Origin: Mobula hypostoma | Taxonomy: Eukaryota | Assembly (NCBI RefSeq): GCF_963921235.1 | Contig: NC_086097.1 | Coordinates: 99,574,001 to 99,638,000 of the forward strand | Length of the DNA: 64,000 nt | Direction of reading: 5' to 3' | Shown: positions 44,466-58,303 of the stretch, piece by piece | How the letters are laid out: each line of letters starts with the position of its first letter | Numbering within the stretch: position 1 is the first letter of the stretch | Program-made: the position numbers and the translations under genes | Notes under the pieces: generated by a model | The model's database searches: none | The model's input: the letters and a program-made list of their open reading frames with translations, nothing else | Told to the model about the DNA's origin: nothing

Positions 44466-44822
44466 AACAAACAAATTGTGGCTAAAGGGTGTAGAGATGT
44501 CACCTACCCCTTTACAGAATGTCTCCTCTTTTGCCTCTACCTTCCTCCATATGTCCCACTCAAAATCTGGGTTAATAGCTGCCACTGGCACCTTGGTTTT
44601 GATACATGACTCTCCAGCAGGCTATCTAACTTCCTCCATCCCTCAACTTATCCTCATTTCAAACAACATTGCAAATATTATGATAAATTTCTATCACGTA
44701 ACCAGCCCACTGAGTGCCCTATATTTTCTCCTATTTGTCCACCATCCCTCTCTTATCGAGTTACACTCATCAGGTTCCCTCATCTGCAGCCATTTGATGC
44801 CTCCTAGCCTCTTTCACTATTT

Positions 44823-47800
44823 TCATCCTCACCTGATGCCACCAGCCAGTCAATCAACCCTCACCTGATGCCACTGGCCAATCAATCCATCCATTCTCAT
44901 CTGATGCCACTGGCCAATCAATCAACCCTCACCTGATGCCACCAGCCAATCAATCAATCCACCCTCACCTGATGCCACCGTCCAATCAATCCATCCATTT
45001 TCATCTGATGCCACCGGCCAATCAATCAACCCTCACCTGATGCCACCGGCCAATCAATCCACCCTCACCTGATGCCACCAGCCAATCAATCAATCCACCC
45101 TCACCTGATACCACCGGCCAATCAATTCACCCTCACCTGATGCCACCAGCCAATCAATCCACCCTCACCTGATGCCACCAGCCAATCAATCAATCCACCC
45201 TCACCTGATGCCACCAGCCAATCAATCCACCCTCACCTGATGCCACCAGCCAATCAATCAATCCACCCTCACCTGATGCCACCAGCCAATCAATCCATTC
45301 ATTCCCACCTGATGCTACCAGCCAATCAATTCATCCTCACCTGATGCCACCGGCCAATCAATCAATCCACCCTCACCTGATGCCACCAGCCAATCAATCA
45401 ATCCACCCTCACCTGATGCCACCAGCCAATCAATCCACCCTCAGCTGATGCCACCGGCCAATCAATCAACCCTCACCTGATGCCACCGGCCAATCAATCC
45501 ATTCATTCCCACCTGATGCTACCAGCCAATCAATTCATCCTCACCTGATGCCACCGGCCAATCAATCAATCCACCCTCACCTGATGCCACCAGCCAATCA
45601 ATCAATCCACCCTCACCTGATGCTACCAGCCAATCAATCAATCCACCCTCACCTGATGCAACCGTCCAATCAATCCATCCATTCTCATCTGATGCCACCA
45701 GCCAATCAATCCACCCTCACCTGATGCCACCGGCCAATCAATCCACCCTCACCTGATGCCACCAGCCAATCAATCCACCCTCACCTGATGCCACCAGCCA
45801 ATCAATCAATCCACCCTCACCTGATGCCACCAGCCAATCAATCCATCCTCACCAGATGCCACTGGCCAATCAATCCATCCCCACCTGATGCCACCGGCCA
45901 ATCAATCAACCCTCACCTGATGCCACCGGCCAATCAATCCACCCTCACAAGATGCCACTGGCCAATCAATCAATCCATCCTCACCTGATGCCACCAGCCA
46001 ATCAATCCATTCATTCTCACCTGATGCTACCAGCCAATCAATTCATCCTCACCAGATGCCACCAGCCAATCAATCAATCCATCCTCACCTGATGCCACCG
46101 TCTAATCAATCCATCCATTCTCATCTGATGCCACCGGCCAATCAATCAACCCTCACCTGATGCCACCGGCCAATCAATCCACCCTCACCTGATACCACCA
46201 GCCAATCAATCAATCCACCCTCACCTGATGCCACCGGCCAATCAATCCACCCTCACCTGATGCCACCAGCCAATCAATCCATCCTCACCAGATGCCACCG
46301 GCCAATCAATCCACCCTCACCTGATGCCACCAGCCAATCAATCCACCCTCACCTGATGCCACCAGCCAATCAATCAATCCACCCTCACCTGATGCCACCA
46401 GCCAATCAATCCATCCTCACCAGATGCCACTGGCTAATCAATCCATCCTCACCTGATGCCACCGGCCAATCAATCCACCCTCACCTGATGCCACCGGCCA
46501 ATCAATCAACCCTCACCTGATGCCACCAGCCAATCAATCCACCCTCACCTGATGCCACCGGCCAATCAATCAACCCTCACCTGATGCCACCGGCCAATCA
46601 ATCCACCCTCACCAGATGCCACCGGCCAATCAATCAATCCATCCTCACCTGATGCCACCAGCCAATCAATCCATTCATTCTCACCTGATGCTACCAGCCA
46701 ATCAATTCATCCTCACCTGATGCCACCGGCCAATAAATCCACCCTCACCTGATGCTACCAGCCAATCAATCAATCAACCCTCACCTGATGCCACCAGCCA
46801 ATCAATCCATCCTCACCAGATGCCACTGGCCAATCAATCCATCCTCACCTGAGGCCACCGGCCAATCAATCCACCCTCAGCTGATGCCACCAGCCAATCA
46901 ATCCACCCTCAGCTGATGCCACCGGCCAATCAATCAACCCTCACTTGATGCCACCAGCCAATCAATGCATTCTCACCTGATGCCACCAGCCAATCAATCC
47001 ACCCTCACCTGATGCCACCGGCCAATCAATCCACCCTCACCTGATGCCACCGGCCAATCAATCAATCCACCCTCACCTGATGCCACCAGCGAATCAATCC
47101 ACCCTCAGCTGATGACACCGGCCAATCAATCAACCCTCACCTGATGCCACCAGCCAATCAATCCACCCTCACCAGATGCCACTGGCCAATCAATCAATCC
47201 ATCCTCACCTGATGCCACCAGCCAATCAATCCATTCATTCTCACCTGATGCTACCAGCCAATCAATTCATCCTCACCTGATGCCACCGGCCAATCAATCC
47301 ACCCCCACCAGATGCCACCAGCCAATCAATCAATCCATCCTCACCTGATGCCACCAGCCAATCAATCCACCCTCACCTGATGCCACCAGCCAATCAATCA
47401 ATTCACCCTCAGCTGATGCCACCGGCCAATCAATCCACCCTCACCAGATGCCACCGGCCAATCAATCAATCCATCCTCACCTGATGCCACCAGCCAATCA
47501 ATCCATTCATTCTCACCTGATGCTACTAGCCAATCAATTCATCCTCACCTGATGCCACCGGCCAATCAATCCACCCTCACCTGATGCTACCAGCCAATCA
47601 ATCAATCAACCCTCACCTGATGCCACCAGCCAATCAATCCATCCTCACCAGATGCCACTGGCCAATCAATCCATCCTCACCTGAGGCCACCGGCCAATCA
47701 ATCCACCCTCAGCTGATGCCACCAGCCAATCAATGCATTCTCACCTGATGCCACCAGCCAATCAATCCACCCTCACCTGATGCCACCGGCCAATCAATCC

Positions 47801-48040
47801 ACCCTCACCTGATGCCACCGGCCAATCAACCCACCCACATCTGATGCCATCGGCCAATCAATCAACCCTCACCTGATGCCACCGGCCAATCAACCAACCC
47901 TCACCTGATGCCACCAACCAATCAACCCACCATCACTTGATGCTACCAACCAATCAACCCACCCTCACCTGATGCCACCAGCCAATCAATCAACCCTCAC
48001 CTGATGCCACTGGCCAATCAATCCATCTATTCTCACCTGA
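44823..48040. repeat. 32-36 bp minisatellite, ~3.2 kb, PAK intron 2
   Basis: Unit ctcacctgatgccacc(a/g)gccaatcaat(caat)ccacc; roughly 90-95 units by length. Confidence 0.95.
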
Positions 48041-48749
48041 ATCCATGTACCAGTTGCTAGATTCTGCCTTACCTCATCCTCACACCTCTTTACAGTCTCA
48101 GTCAGGGCCACGGGAAGAAGGCAGGAGAATGGGGGTTTAAAAACTAATGCAGCCATGTTTGAATGGCAGAGCTGACTTAATGGGCAAAATGACCTAATTC
48201 TGCTCCTATATTTTATGATCTTTTGCTCGTTCCTTCCAGTCCCTAAAGCAGTTATGATCCTTGATTTCCTCACTTGCAGACCCCAATCAGTCTGGATTAG
48301 CAACAAAATCGCCTGAACCATCTCCATCAGCTCAAGTGCACCACATGGCTATGCGCCTAGCTCCCTGCTCTACTCACTTCATATTTAGGACTGTGAGGTT
48401 AAACATAGCTGCAATGTTATAGTTAAGTGGACAGCTTCACTCTACTTCACTTGACCCGTCACTGAAATGTTCCCACAACCTATGGACTCACTTTCAAAGA
48501 CTTCATCTCATGTTCTTGATATTTATTGCCTATTTATTTATTATTATTATTTCCTTCTTTTTGTGTTTACACAGTTTGTTGTCTTTTTCACATTGGTTGA
48601 ACACCCAAGTTGGTGCGGTCTTCCATTGATTCTATTATGGTGACTATTCTATTATGGATTTATTGAGTATGCCAACAAGAAAATGAATCTCAGGGTTGTA
48701 TATGGTGACATATATGTACATTGAACTTTTGAAATGGTTTCCCATCCCA

Positions 48750-50025
48750 AGCACCATCCTGTCTGCCCATTACGCTGGACCCCCATCAATTTGCCTATCG
48801 CACCAACAGGTCAACAGAGGACGCCATCTCCACGGCACTTCACTCTGCCCTGACCCACCTGGACAGCCCCAACTCTTACGTCAGAATGCTGTTCATTGAC
48901 TTTAGTTCGGCATTCAATACTGTGATCCCCTCCAAGCTGATCATCAAACTTCGCCAGCTTCGTATCTGCTGAATTCTACACTCTGCAATTGAACCTTGGA
49001 CTTTCTGACTAACAGACCCCAATCGTTAAGTTAGACAACCTCTCCTCCTCCACTCTCACCCTGAACACTAGTGTGCCTCAAGGCTGTGTGCTGAGCCCTC
49101 TTCTGTACTCCCTTTTCACCTATGACTGCGTTCCTGTACATGGATCTAACTCCATAATCAAGTTCGCAGACGACACCACAGTGGTTGGTCTGATCAGAGG
49201 GGATGACGAGATGGCCTACAGGGACGAGGTCCAGCACCTGACCACATGGTGTGCCAACAACAACTTGGCCCTTAACACCTAGAAGACCAAGGAGATCATT
49301 GTGGACTTCAGGCATGCTAGGAGCCACACTCACATCCCCATCTACATCAACGGAGCTGTAGGGAGCATGTATCAAGCTTCAAATTCCTTGGTGTCCACAT
49401 TTCCGAGGATCTCACCTGGTCCCTGAACTCCTCCATCCTGATCAAAAAGCGCCTTTATTTCCTGCAGAGCATCAAGAAAGCTCACCTCTGTCCCAGGATA
49501 CTGACGGACCTTTACCACTGTACCATTGAGAGCATACTCACTAACTGCATCTCAGTGTGCTATGGCAATTGCCCCATATCAGACCGCAAAGCACTCCAGC
49601 GTGTGGTGAAAACTGCCCAGCGGATTATCGGCACCCAATTGCCCACCATTGAGAACATCTACCATAAACGCTGCCCGGGCAGGGCAAAAAGCATTATCAA
49701 GGATGCATCTCACCTTAACCATGGACTTTTTACTCTCCTTCCATCCGGTAGGCGCTACAGGATCCTCCACTCCTGCACCAGCAGGCACAGGAAGAGCTTC
49801 TTCCCTGCTGAACCTCACATCACAGCGCTAAGCAGTATTGCACCCATATTGTACTGTCTCAGTACTTTTATATTTGTGTGCTGTAGCACTGACTTTTTAT
49901 CTGCAGTTATTTTGTAAATAACACTATTCTTTGCATTTCTGGTCAGGTGCTAACTGCATTTCATTGGCTTTGTATCTGTACTCGGCACAATGACAATAAA
50001 GTTGAATCTAATCTAATCTAACCTA
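48750..50025 (+). mobile_element. Rex1/Babar-like LINE, 5'-truncated RT
   Basis: [60 protein letters not shown]; tail aataaagttg(aatct)n. Confidence 0.88.
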
Positions 50026-50052
50026 AATCTGCTGAAGTCTATCAGCATTTTG

Positions 50053-50564
50053 ATGAAGCCACACTCAGGTTGGAGGAACAACACCTTATATTCCGTCTGG
50101 GTAGCCTCCAACCTGATGGCATGAACATTGACGTCTCAAACTTCCACTAATGCCCCACCTCCCCTTCGTACCCCATCCGTTATTTATTTATATACACATA
50201 TTCTTTTTCTCCCTCTGTCCCTCTCACTATACCCCTTGCCCATCCTCTGGGTTTTCCCCCCCCTCCCTTTTCCTTCTCCCCGGACCTCCTGTCCCATGAT
50301 CCTCTCGTATCCCCTTTGCCAATCACCTGTCCAGCTCTTGGCTCCATCCCTCCCCCTCCTGTCTTCTCCTATCATTTTGGATCTCCCCCTCCCCCTTCCA
50401 CTTTCAAATCTCTTACTAGCTCTTCCTTCAGTTAGTCCTGACGAAGGGTATCGGCCGGAAACGTCGACTGTACCTCTTCCTAGAGATGCTGCCTGGCCTG
50501 CTGCGTTCACCAGCAACTTTGATGTGTGTTGCTTGAATTTCCAGCATCTGCAGAATTCCTCGTG
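50053..50564 (+). mobile_element. Penelope 3' fragment of a related subfamily, with hammerhead motif at 50434-50469
   Basis: End of GIY-YIG (LRLEEQHLIFRLGSLQPDGMNID); AGTC-CTGACGA-...-GAAA-CGTC-GACT; 11-bp TSD tcagcattttg at 50042-50052 and 50565-50575. Confidence 0.88.
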
Positions 50565-51971
50565 TCAGCATTTTGTCTGCCTGATTTCCATGGGGAAGAA
50601 TTCCAAGCACTAAAGCCATTGTTTTGGCACATTCAAACCAATACGAACGCTGCTCAAAGATTCCCCCACCCCATCTACAACTTTGCTTTCCCTTCCACAA
50701 AGATGCTGTTGCCTCCCTTTTTCGTATCTAAGATCCATCCAATCAGATTTCTGTCTCTGGAACACCACTGAAGTTGTCTTGCATCCTTTGTACTTGCAAC
50801 TGCATAAAACTAACCATCCTTATCCTTTGAATGCTGATTATACCATCCTCCTGCAACATCCCTCCATCACTCAGCTGGTGAACAGATTATCTGGAATAGT
50901 AACATCTGAAGAGACATCCAGGTCAACCTTCCTGTCAACTCTCCCAAACGTTCAGTCATATTATCTCTCGAACAAAGTTTTGGATGAACAACAATTTGTT
51001 CCCTCGCTGTCAATTCTGTGCCAAACCCTGGCCATGACCTTAGTGTGCTGACCAATTCCCAGCCTAAATATTCCATTCAATATGTGATTGTAAATGTTTG
51101 AACAACCAATCCCATTTCTAGTCCAGCCCCGTCTTCTTCTACCACCTCTACAACCCTTTTTCCCTCTCACCAGTCCACTCTCACTTTTCTCCATGGCCTA
51201 ACTCACTCCTTGCCCTGCACTGGCTTCCAATCATCTGGCACTTTAAGCTTAAAATGATTTATCATTGTGCTCACCAGCTTTGCCCCACCCTGTCTCTGCA
51301 GCCTCCTCCAGCCCTGCAACCCTCTCACATTCCTTTGCATTGCTTTAATTTCTATCTCCTGTGCAACTTTTATTCCCCACCCCAATGTCAAAAATGACAG
51401 CAAACCTCAGAACTTCCTTCCTAAACCTTAACCTGTGCCGCTCTCCCCTTTTTATTCATTTCATAAAGTTCATCACTTTATTGAAAGTTTGCCAGAATCT
51501 GTTTTAATATCACTGGCATATAGAATGCCGGGAAACTTGTTGTTTTGCAGCAGCACATTGTAATATATAATAATAGCAACTCTGAATTAGAATAAGAAGT
51601 ATATATTTTAAAATGTTTATTAAATACTGTAAGTACCCATCATTGTAAGCTTTACAAAATCATGAGGGGGATAGACAAGGTGAACAGTCACAGACTTTTT
51701 CCCAAGTTAGAGGAGTCTAAAACTAGAATGCACAAGTTTAAGGTAAGAAGAAGCAGTTTTAAAGGGGGGCTGAGAGGCAAGTTTTTCCACACAGATGGCT
51801 AGGGGTATGTGGATTGAGTTGCCAGCGGACACAGGTACAATTACAACATCTAATTGGACAGGGACATGGTTTGGGGGATATAGGTCAAACACATGCACAT
51901 GGCATTAGCTCAGACAGACACTTAGTCAGCATGGATGAGTTGTTCGGGAGGTTGTATGACTCCATAACCTA

Positions 51972-52377
51972 CAGTACTGTGCAAAAGTCCTAGGCACATG
52001 TATATACTGTAGCTAGGGGGGGCCTAAGACTTTTGCATAGTACTGTACTTGTCAATGTAGAGCAGAGCACGAGTTTGTAAATCTAGCAGGAGCAAAGGAT
52101 GCTGAGAATGGCGAGGGTGGAGTGCCATGGGAGGGGTGTGGGATGGGTGGCAGAGAAGGAGTCAGGGGCAGTGGATGGTATAGATAGAGACACACCCAGC
52201 CCTGAGACACCAGGCAATGTCATATGATTCCAAACATTTGATGTATTAATCATTACAGAATGTCTTTCTGTGCTTTCCATTCTGTCCCCTCTCCTTTTCC
52301 CTTTTCCCAACCATGATTCCCCTCTCCCTGACCCCTTCCCACTCTCAGTGCACAATAGAGACTTTTGCGCAGTACTG
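51972..52377. mobile_element. Tc1/mariner-type MITE with TA flanks and two right-hand TIRs
   Basis: ta|CAGTACTGTGCAAAAGTC...; inverted copies GACTTTTGCATAGTACTG|ta ending at 52045 and GACTTTTGCGCAGTACTG|ta ending at 52377. Confidence 0.75.
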
Positions 52378-53601
52378 TACCAAATTAAATTCCTTTGCTT
52401 AGTACTAACATCCTTGTGACTACATTGTCGAGAAATGCCTTGACGTATTTCCTGCATTAGATGTGCTGCAACAGCATCCTGTTGCCAACATGTATGTCAC
52501 TTCCTGCAGCAACTTGTCCCTCCGTTGCCCTGATCATTTCCTGTTTCCGCATTTCAGCTTCAAGCATCATCGACTTGCCTACATTCTCTTCAGTTTTTCT
52601 AGGCTAGGTTATTTCCCTACTCATCTCAGAGAAATGTAACAAATACATAAAAAATGGGCAAAGATGGATCGAGCAAACAGCAACTAGGAGTATATCTCTC
52701 TGAGATATATTTTTCTAGTCGCTGCTTCCTACATACATCTTTAACCATTTTTAATGTATTTGTTACATTTCATGCCACAGAGTATAATTCCCTGCATTCA
52801 ACTTAATCTCTCATTCACTACCGACTTGACAAACCTATCCCCTCTGGCAGAATTCTACAAGTTGCCACACCCTCTTCATTTGGCAATAATTGCAAATGTG
52901 GCCAACCCCACATTAGCCAGCATCTCTGAAGGTGAAGGTATTTTTCACTCTGCAGCAATTGGTTACAGCTGAAGAGCCTGTCCAACAGCTCATACAAACA
53001 TCCACCACCTGATCCCATGGTTTCACGTGACCCTGATTGAGGGGCTAAGCAAGTGCTACACCTTGTCCAAGGGTGACCTTGCAGGTTAGTAGAGGGAAGC
53101 AGCACCTTACACCTCCTTTGGTAGAGACGTATCTCCACCCTGCCAATTACAATGTTTAAAAGCTGTTTCGAAAGGCATGTGGATAGAAAAGTAGAAGGAT
53201 ACTTGAGCAAATGGAATTAGTCTCGCTAGCTATCATGATTAACATGGGCTAAAGAGTCTGCGTTTGTGCTGTACAGTGCTGCAACTCTACAATGTCCTTT
53301 AGCAAACAGGTTGATAAACCTTTCAGGATTCAAATAATGCTTCAATTTTCTGAAGATTAGCAGATACTTCGTATTCAGTTTGCTGTGGAACAGATTAAAA
53401 CTCACAGTTACTTAACTACTTATCCAGGATTCCGTCCACTAAACTATCACAATCAATTCCTGTGTTAATGGCCAATAAATAGAAAGTAAGAGACTTCAGC
53501 GTGTGAACATCCCTGTCTCAAATAGAAGGATTGCCCCCACAGTGCAAATTGCTGCACTGAGACTCAAAATACAAAGTACTAAGGATTTTGCAGTCCCATA
53601 C

Positions 53602-54291
53602 CTGGTTCTTGCTAGCTGATGTGACTCTTGCTGAAGTATCCAGTGAGAGGTCTGCTGATGGAGAGGCACTGAGCTGGTTCCCTCTAGTTCCATTAGCCCA
53701 AGGGGAGGTACCCGAGCATGAAGCCCGATCTCTTGTCTGCTTTGGGCTGGACTGAATGAAGAAGCAGGTAATGGGTCTCCAGCCAATACTGTTTTTTCTC
53801 CTTGGTCTTGTTCCCCGGGGAGAGTCTGGTCCAAAGGCACTTCTGTCTGGTGGGTTGACAGAGTTCCCTGGTTGTGGTGCAAGGCTTTGTACATTATTGA
53901 AAGACTCTGTTCTCTGTCGTTCATATTCCAGTGAGGGAATGGTCAGGTTCTGGGTTAATTTGGTCCTGTGAATCCCACCATCATTCTGTTGCAAATGTGA
54001 AGTCTTTGGCAGATGGAGCCTAGCCATGAAACTTCCATTCTCCCCTTTACAAAGTCTTTCCTGATCGCTGGAGAGATTACTGCTCCAACGTCCCGTATAA
54101 CTTGCATGCTTTTGCAGCATTTCTTGGGTGCCACCTTCCTTGATTCCCCTCAGTGGCCACTCTTTCCTTTGGGAAAAGCAAATGGTATTTCTTCGTAAAG
54201 AGCTGGATCCTGTAAACGAGAGTTCCTTCAGATCGGACAGCAGCCCTGTGAGGTAATTATTCATTCCAGGTACACTTCCACGGACAATAGG
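53602..54291 (-). CDS. PAK6: PAK6-like coding exon 2 (PIVRGS...YLTGLLSDLKELS plus low-complexity linker)
   Basis: Acceptor gcacAG|CCTATTGTC. The peptide PIVRGSVPGMNNYLTGLLSDLKELSFTGSSSLRR resembles PAK6 TVVRGS...YISGLLNDIQKLSVISSNTLR. Donor CAG|GTATGG; 690 nt, open, phase 0/0. Confidence 0.85.
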
Positions 54292-56579
54292 CTGTGCAAC
54301 AAAACAGACAATTCAAGTAATACAAGGATAGAAATATACACTGTATGATCGAAGGGCATGATATAGTTTGCATTTCACACATTTTCTTACATCAGGCCGT
54401 TTGCTCACTACTGCTTACTGCAGAGTCAGAACGTTCACCAGAGGTTAGGCTCAAACCTGGATCACTGGAGCTGGAAGGAGGAAGCACAGCTACACCAATC
54501 TAATTTACCTGTCAAGTATAACCAACCGGGGTCTGGACAAAACACAGGCATTCCACTTACAGTTAAAGACCATAGCTAATTAGCAAGCAAGAGTGAGTGG
54601 CCTCTGTACAGTAGTCCAGCAAAGGAACATGTTGAGTTGGCATATTATTTCTTGTGCTTTACATTTACTTGTCTGGATGAATTCAGGTGACTATCAATGA
54701 GATTATGCAGCCTACAGAGGGGCGCAGCATGGACTTCACAATATTAGCAACACATTACACAGACTGTTCATTTAATGGCTACGTTATATTATCATTTTAC
54801 AAACATAACCTGTTTCACTCTTAGCACTCCGCTACCACCTAGACTAACTTGTTTTCTCTCTTTCCCCATTCCAATGAAAGGTCTTCAGCCCACAGACCTG
54901 CTGAGTTATTCCAACACTTCCTGCTTTTATTGCAGAAGCACACAGGATTTCAGACGAGAATAGATCAGACCTGCTCTCCATGCACTGACACTTACCTACA
55001 CCTTCTAATACCTGATTCACATTCTTCAAACTTATAACTTTACTCAGGAGTCCTGCCGGAGGGTTTCGGCCCAAAATGTCGACTGTAGTTTATTTTCCAT
55101 AGATGCTGAGTTCCTCCAGCATTGCTCGGATTTCCAGCATCTGCAGATTTTCTCTTGTTAGTGACCTATTCTCCAACACTGACCGCTCTGCACTCACTCC
55201 CCCAGTCACACACTGCTTTCAGAATAAAAATGAGACACTTACTTCACCAATGCTCCTTAATCACAGTCTGCCTCCTGGACTACGGTAAATGCTATATTAC
55301 CGAGCTCAGGACACACTAATAATCCACACTGAGTAATGAGGTGTCAGCACTTCACTATCTCTCCAGTCCTTGCCTAATCTTCACACCACAGGCATGAAAC
55401 AGGGAAAAGAAACCAAATGAATCACTGCAGACTTTTAGGATGCTCCAAATAAGGGAAAAAAAACTTTTCCAAGGAAGGAGAACTCTTATTAACACAATCA
55501 ACACAAGCAACACACTCAAACACTGAATTTCAGAACAACAGTGGGGAAACCATCAGCTCATCGACTCATCCAGCATTTACCAGCACTTAGTCCATAGCCT
55601 TCAATGCCTTGAAAATCCAAGTGCTAATCCAGATGTTTCGTAAATGCTGTGAGTTTACCTTCCTTCTCATCATCTCCTCAGGCAGCGTGTTTCAGATTGT
55701 AGCCTTACTCTAAATAGGAAAAAAGAAAGTCCTTCCTCAGATCTCCTTCAAACCTGTTACATCTTAAACCTATCCCCCACCCCCTGCCATGCAGAAAGGC
55801 TTTTTATGACCTACCCTATCCATGCCTCTCATCATTTTTGTACATCCCTATTAGGTCACACATCGGTCTAGTTTGCTCCAGTGAAAACTGACAGCTGAAA
55901 CACTCCATCCCAGGCAGCATCCCGGAGAATCTCTTCTGTACTCTCACCAGGGCGATCAACATCTTTCCTATAGTATTGTAACCACAATATTCTAGCTGCA
56001 TTCTGACCAAGGTTTCCTATAGCTGTACCAGGACATTCTGCTCTGCGTCCCAGCTAATAAAGGCAAGCATCCCCTACATCTACTTCACCGTCTTGTCTGT
56101 GCTATCACCTTCAGGGGTCTTTGGAACCTGTACACAAACGTACCTAGGCTGCTGTGGGATGAAGTCGAGGGTGCTCATGTCAAAGACAGAGTCTTAGTTG
56201 AAGATGTCCATGTTCCTTCTAGCCAATACTCACTGGACCTTAATCCTGGATGTTCACCTCCATTCTAGGCCCTCAGTTGGGTGGAGCCATGGATGTTTAG
56301 GCTGTAGGTGGCTTTGACAATGCACAACATGTTGTTGAACCTTCTGCACTCGTTCTACCTACCATCCAAAGTAATAAGTACCAATGACCATTGGATTGCC
56401 ATATGAGCGTGTGTCTGAGTAGGCTCAGTCTTCAGGTGGCTGTAGAGCTGCTACTATTCACTGATAGATGGGGAAGTTCTAGTCCAGAGATGTTGTATAT
56501 TTGCAGTTAACTAGCTCTTGAATTTCCTGGTCAGATGGCAATGAGGAGGCATATAGGAGACAGACAGATCAGCTGGCTC

Positions 56580-57960
56580 AGTGGTTTCACAGTAACAACC
56601 TCATACTCAATGTCAGCAAGACCAAGGAATTAATTGTGGACTTCAGAAAAGGGAAGTTAGGAGAAGTCACACCTGTCCTCATTGTGGGGTTAGCAGTAGA
56701 AAGGGTGAGCAGCTTCAGGTTCCTGGGCACCAACATCTGAGAGGATTTGTCCTGGGCCCAACACATTGATACATGAAGGAGGCATGCCAGGAACCTGATT
56801 GTGTTTTTCATTAGTAGTTTGAGGAGATTTGATACGTCCCCAAAGACTCATGCAAGCTACAACAGATGTACAATGGAGAGCACTCTGACAGCTACACCAC
56901 AGCCCGGTACGGAGACTCCAGTGCCCAGGGTCACAAGAAGCTGCAGGCGGGAGTGGAGTCAGCCAGATCCATCACTGACACAATCCTCCCGCCATCGAGG
57001 GCAATTTCCCGAGGCACTACCTCAGGAAGGTGGCATCCATCATTAAGGACTCTCACCATCTGGAACATGCTCTCTTCTCATTACTACCATCAGGGAGGAG
57101 GTACAGGAGCTGAAGACCAACACTCATGACTTAGGGACACTTTCTTCCCCTCCGCCATCGGATTTCTGAATGGTCCATGAACGACCCTCATTATCCCTCT
57201 TGAGCACTGTTTACTTTCTTGTAACTTACAGTAATTTTTATGATTTGCCCTGCACTGCTGTTGATAAATAACAAATTTCTTGTGTTGCTTTGGACTTCCA
57301 GCACCTGCAGAATTTCTTGTGTTTATGAATAACAAGCAAGTGTTTATGTACTATTCATGAATCTAAAGGTGAAAGGGAAGAAGGTGTTCTTGAATCATTG
57401 AGTGAGTGTTTTTAAGCTGCAGTACAGTACCTCATTGGTGATGGTAGTAATGAGAACAGGGCATGTCCCGGCTGGTGAGGGTCGTTGGTGACGGATGCCA
57501 TCCCACTTCAGGCAGCACTTTTTGAAGGTGCCCTTGGTGATGGAAAGGCTGTGCCCACAATAGCAGTGGCTGATTCTACAGCCCTCTGCTGCTCTTGCAA
57601 TCCTATACATTGGAGCCTCCACACCAGGTTGAGATGCAAATACTCAAAATACTCTCCACTGTATATCTGTAGAAATATGTAAGGGTCTTACACTGGTGAC
57701 AAACCAATTCTCCTCAAACTTCTGATGGAGCTGCTGGTGTGCCTTCTTCATGACTGCTGGGCCCAGGAGAGATCCTGTGAGGTGTTGACCCAAGAAACTT
57801 GAAGCTGCTCACCCTTTCCTCTGTTGACCCCTCAATGTGGATCAGTGTTAGTTCTCCCGACCTCCCCCACCTGAAGTCCACAATCAATTCCCTGCTCTTG
57901 CTATCACTAAATGCAAGGATGTTGTTGCAATACCACTCAACCAGACAATGCTCCATCCAC
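56580..57960. mobile_element. Two old Rex1/Babar-like 3' fragments, tail to tail (plus ~56580-57290; minus ~57340-57960)
   Basis: NNLILNVSKTKELIVDFRK on the plus strand; KSRELIVDFR...ERVSSFKFLG on the minus strand. Confidence 0.65.
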
Positions 57961-58096
57961 ATCCAAAGAATCTCGTTGTTCTTGCCTTCAGCATGGGCTG
58001 CTCTCACCTTCAGTACCCATGGACATCGGCCTCAATACCTTTCACCCATAGTCCCCAGAGACCAATTCCCCCCTACACACTGCAAGCAAAGATTAC

Positions 58097-58303
58097 CTTT
58101 AATGGTGCCACATCCTCAGGTATAACTGTGGAGCGATCTTCCAGAGGTTTTGGCTGCTTCACACCATCTGCCAGAAGCCCCTGCCACTGCTTGGGAAGCC
58201 CAATAAATTTGTGGCATTGTGGGTCAAAGGAAGTGTGGACCCTGTGCTGGAAGTTGACGGGAGCTGAAATTTCCAGTTGACGGGCTTTCCGTTTCTTCCA
58301 CAT
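58097..58303 (-). CDS. PAK6: PAK6-like kinase coding exon 1 (polybasic N-terminus, CRIB/GBD, pseudosubstrate region)
   Basis: MWKKRKARQLEISAPVNFQHRVHTSFDPQCHKFIGLPKQWQGLL...APLK matches the group II PAK CRIB (NFQHRVHTSFDP as in PAK6). Acceptor with long pyrimidine tract ...ctctcgtggcAG gives an exon start at 58338; ATG at 58303; donor AAG|GTAATC; 207 nt, phase 0. Orthology versus a PAK6 paralogue is not resolved. Confidence 0.9.
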
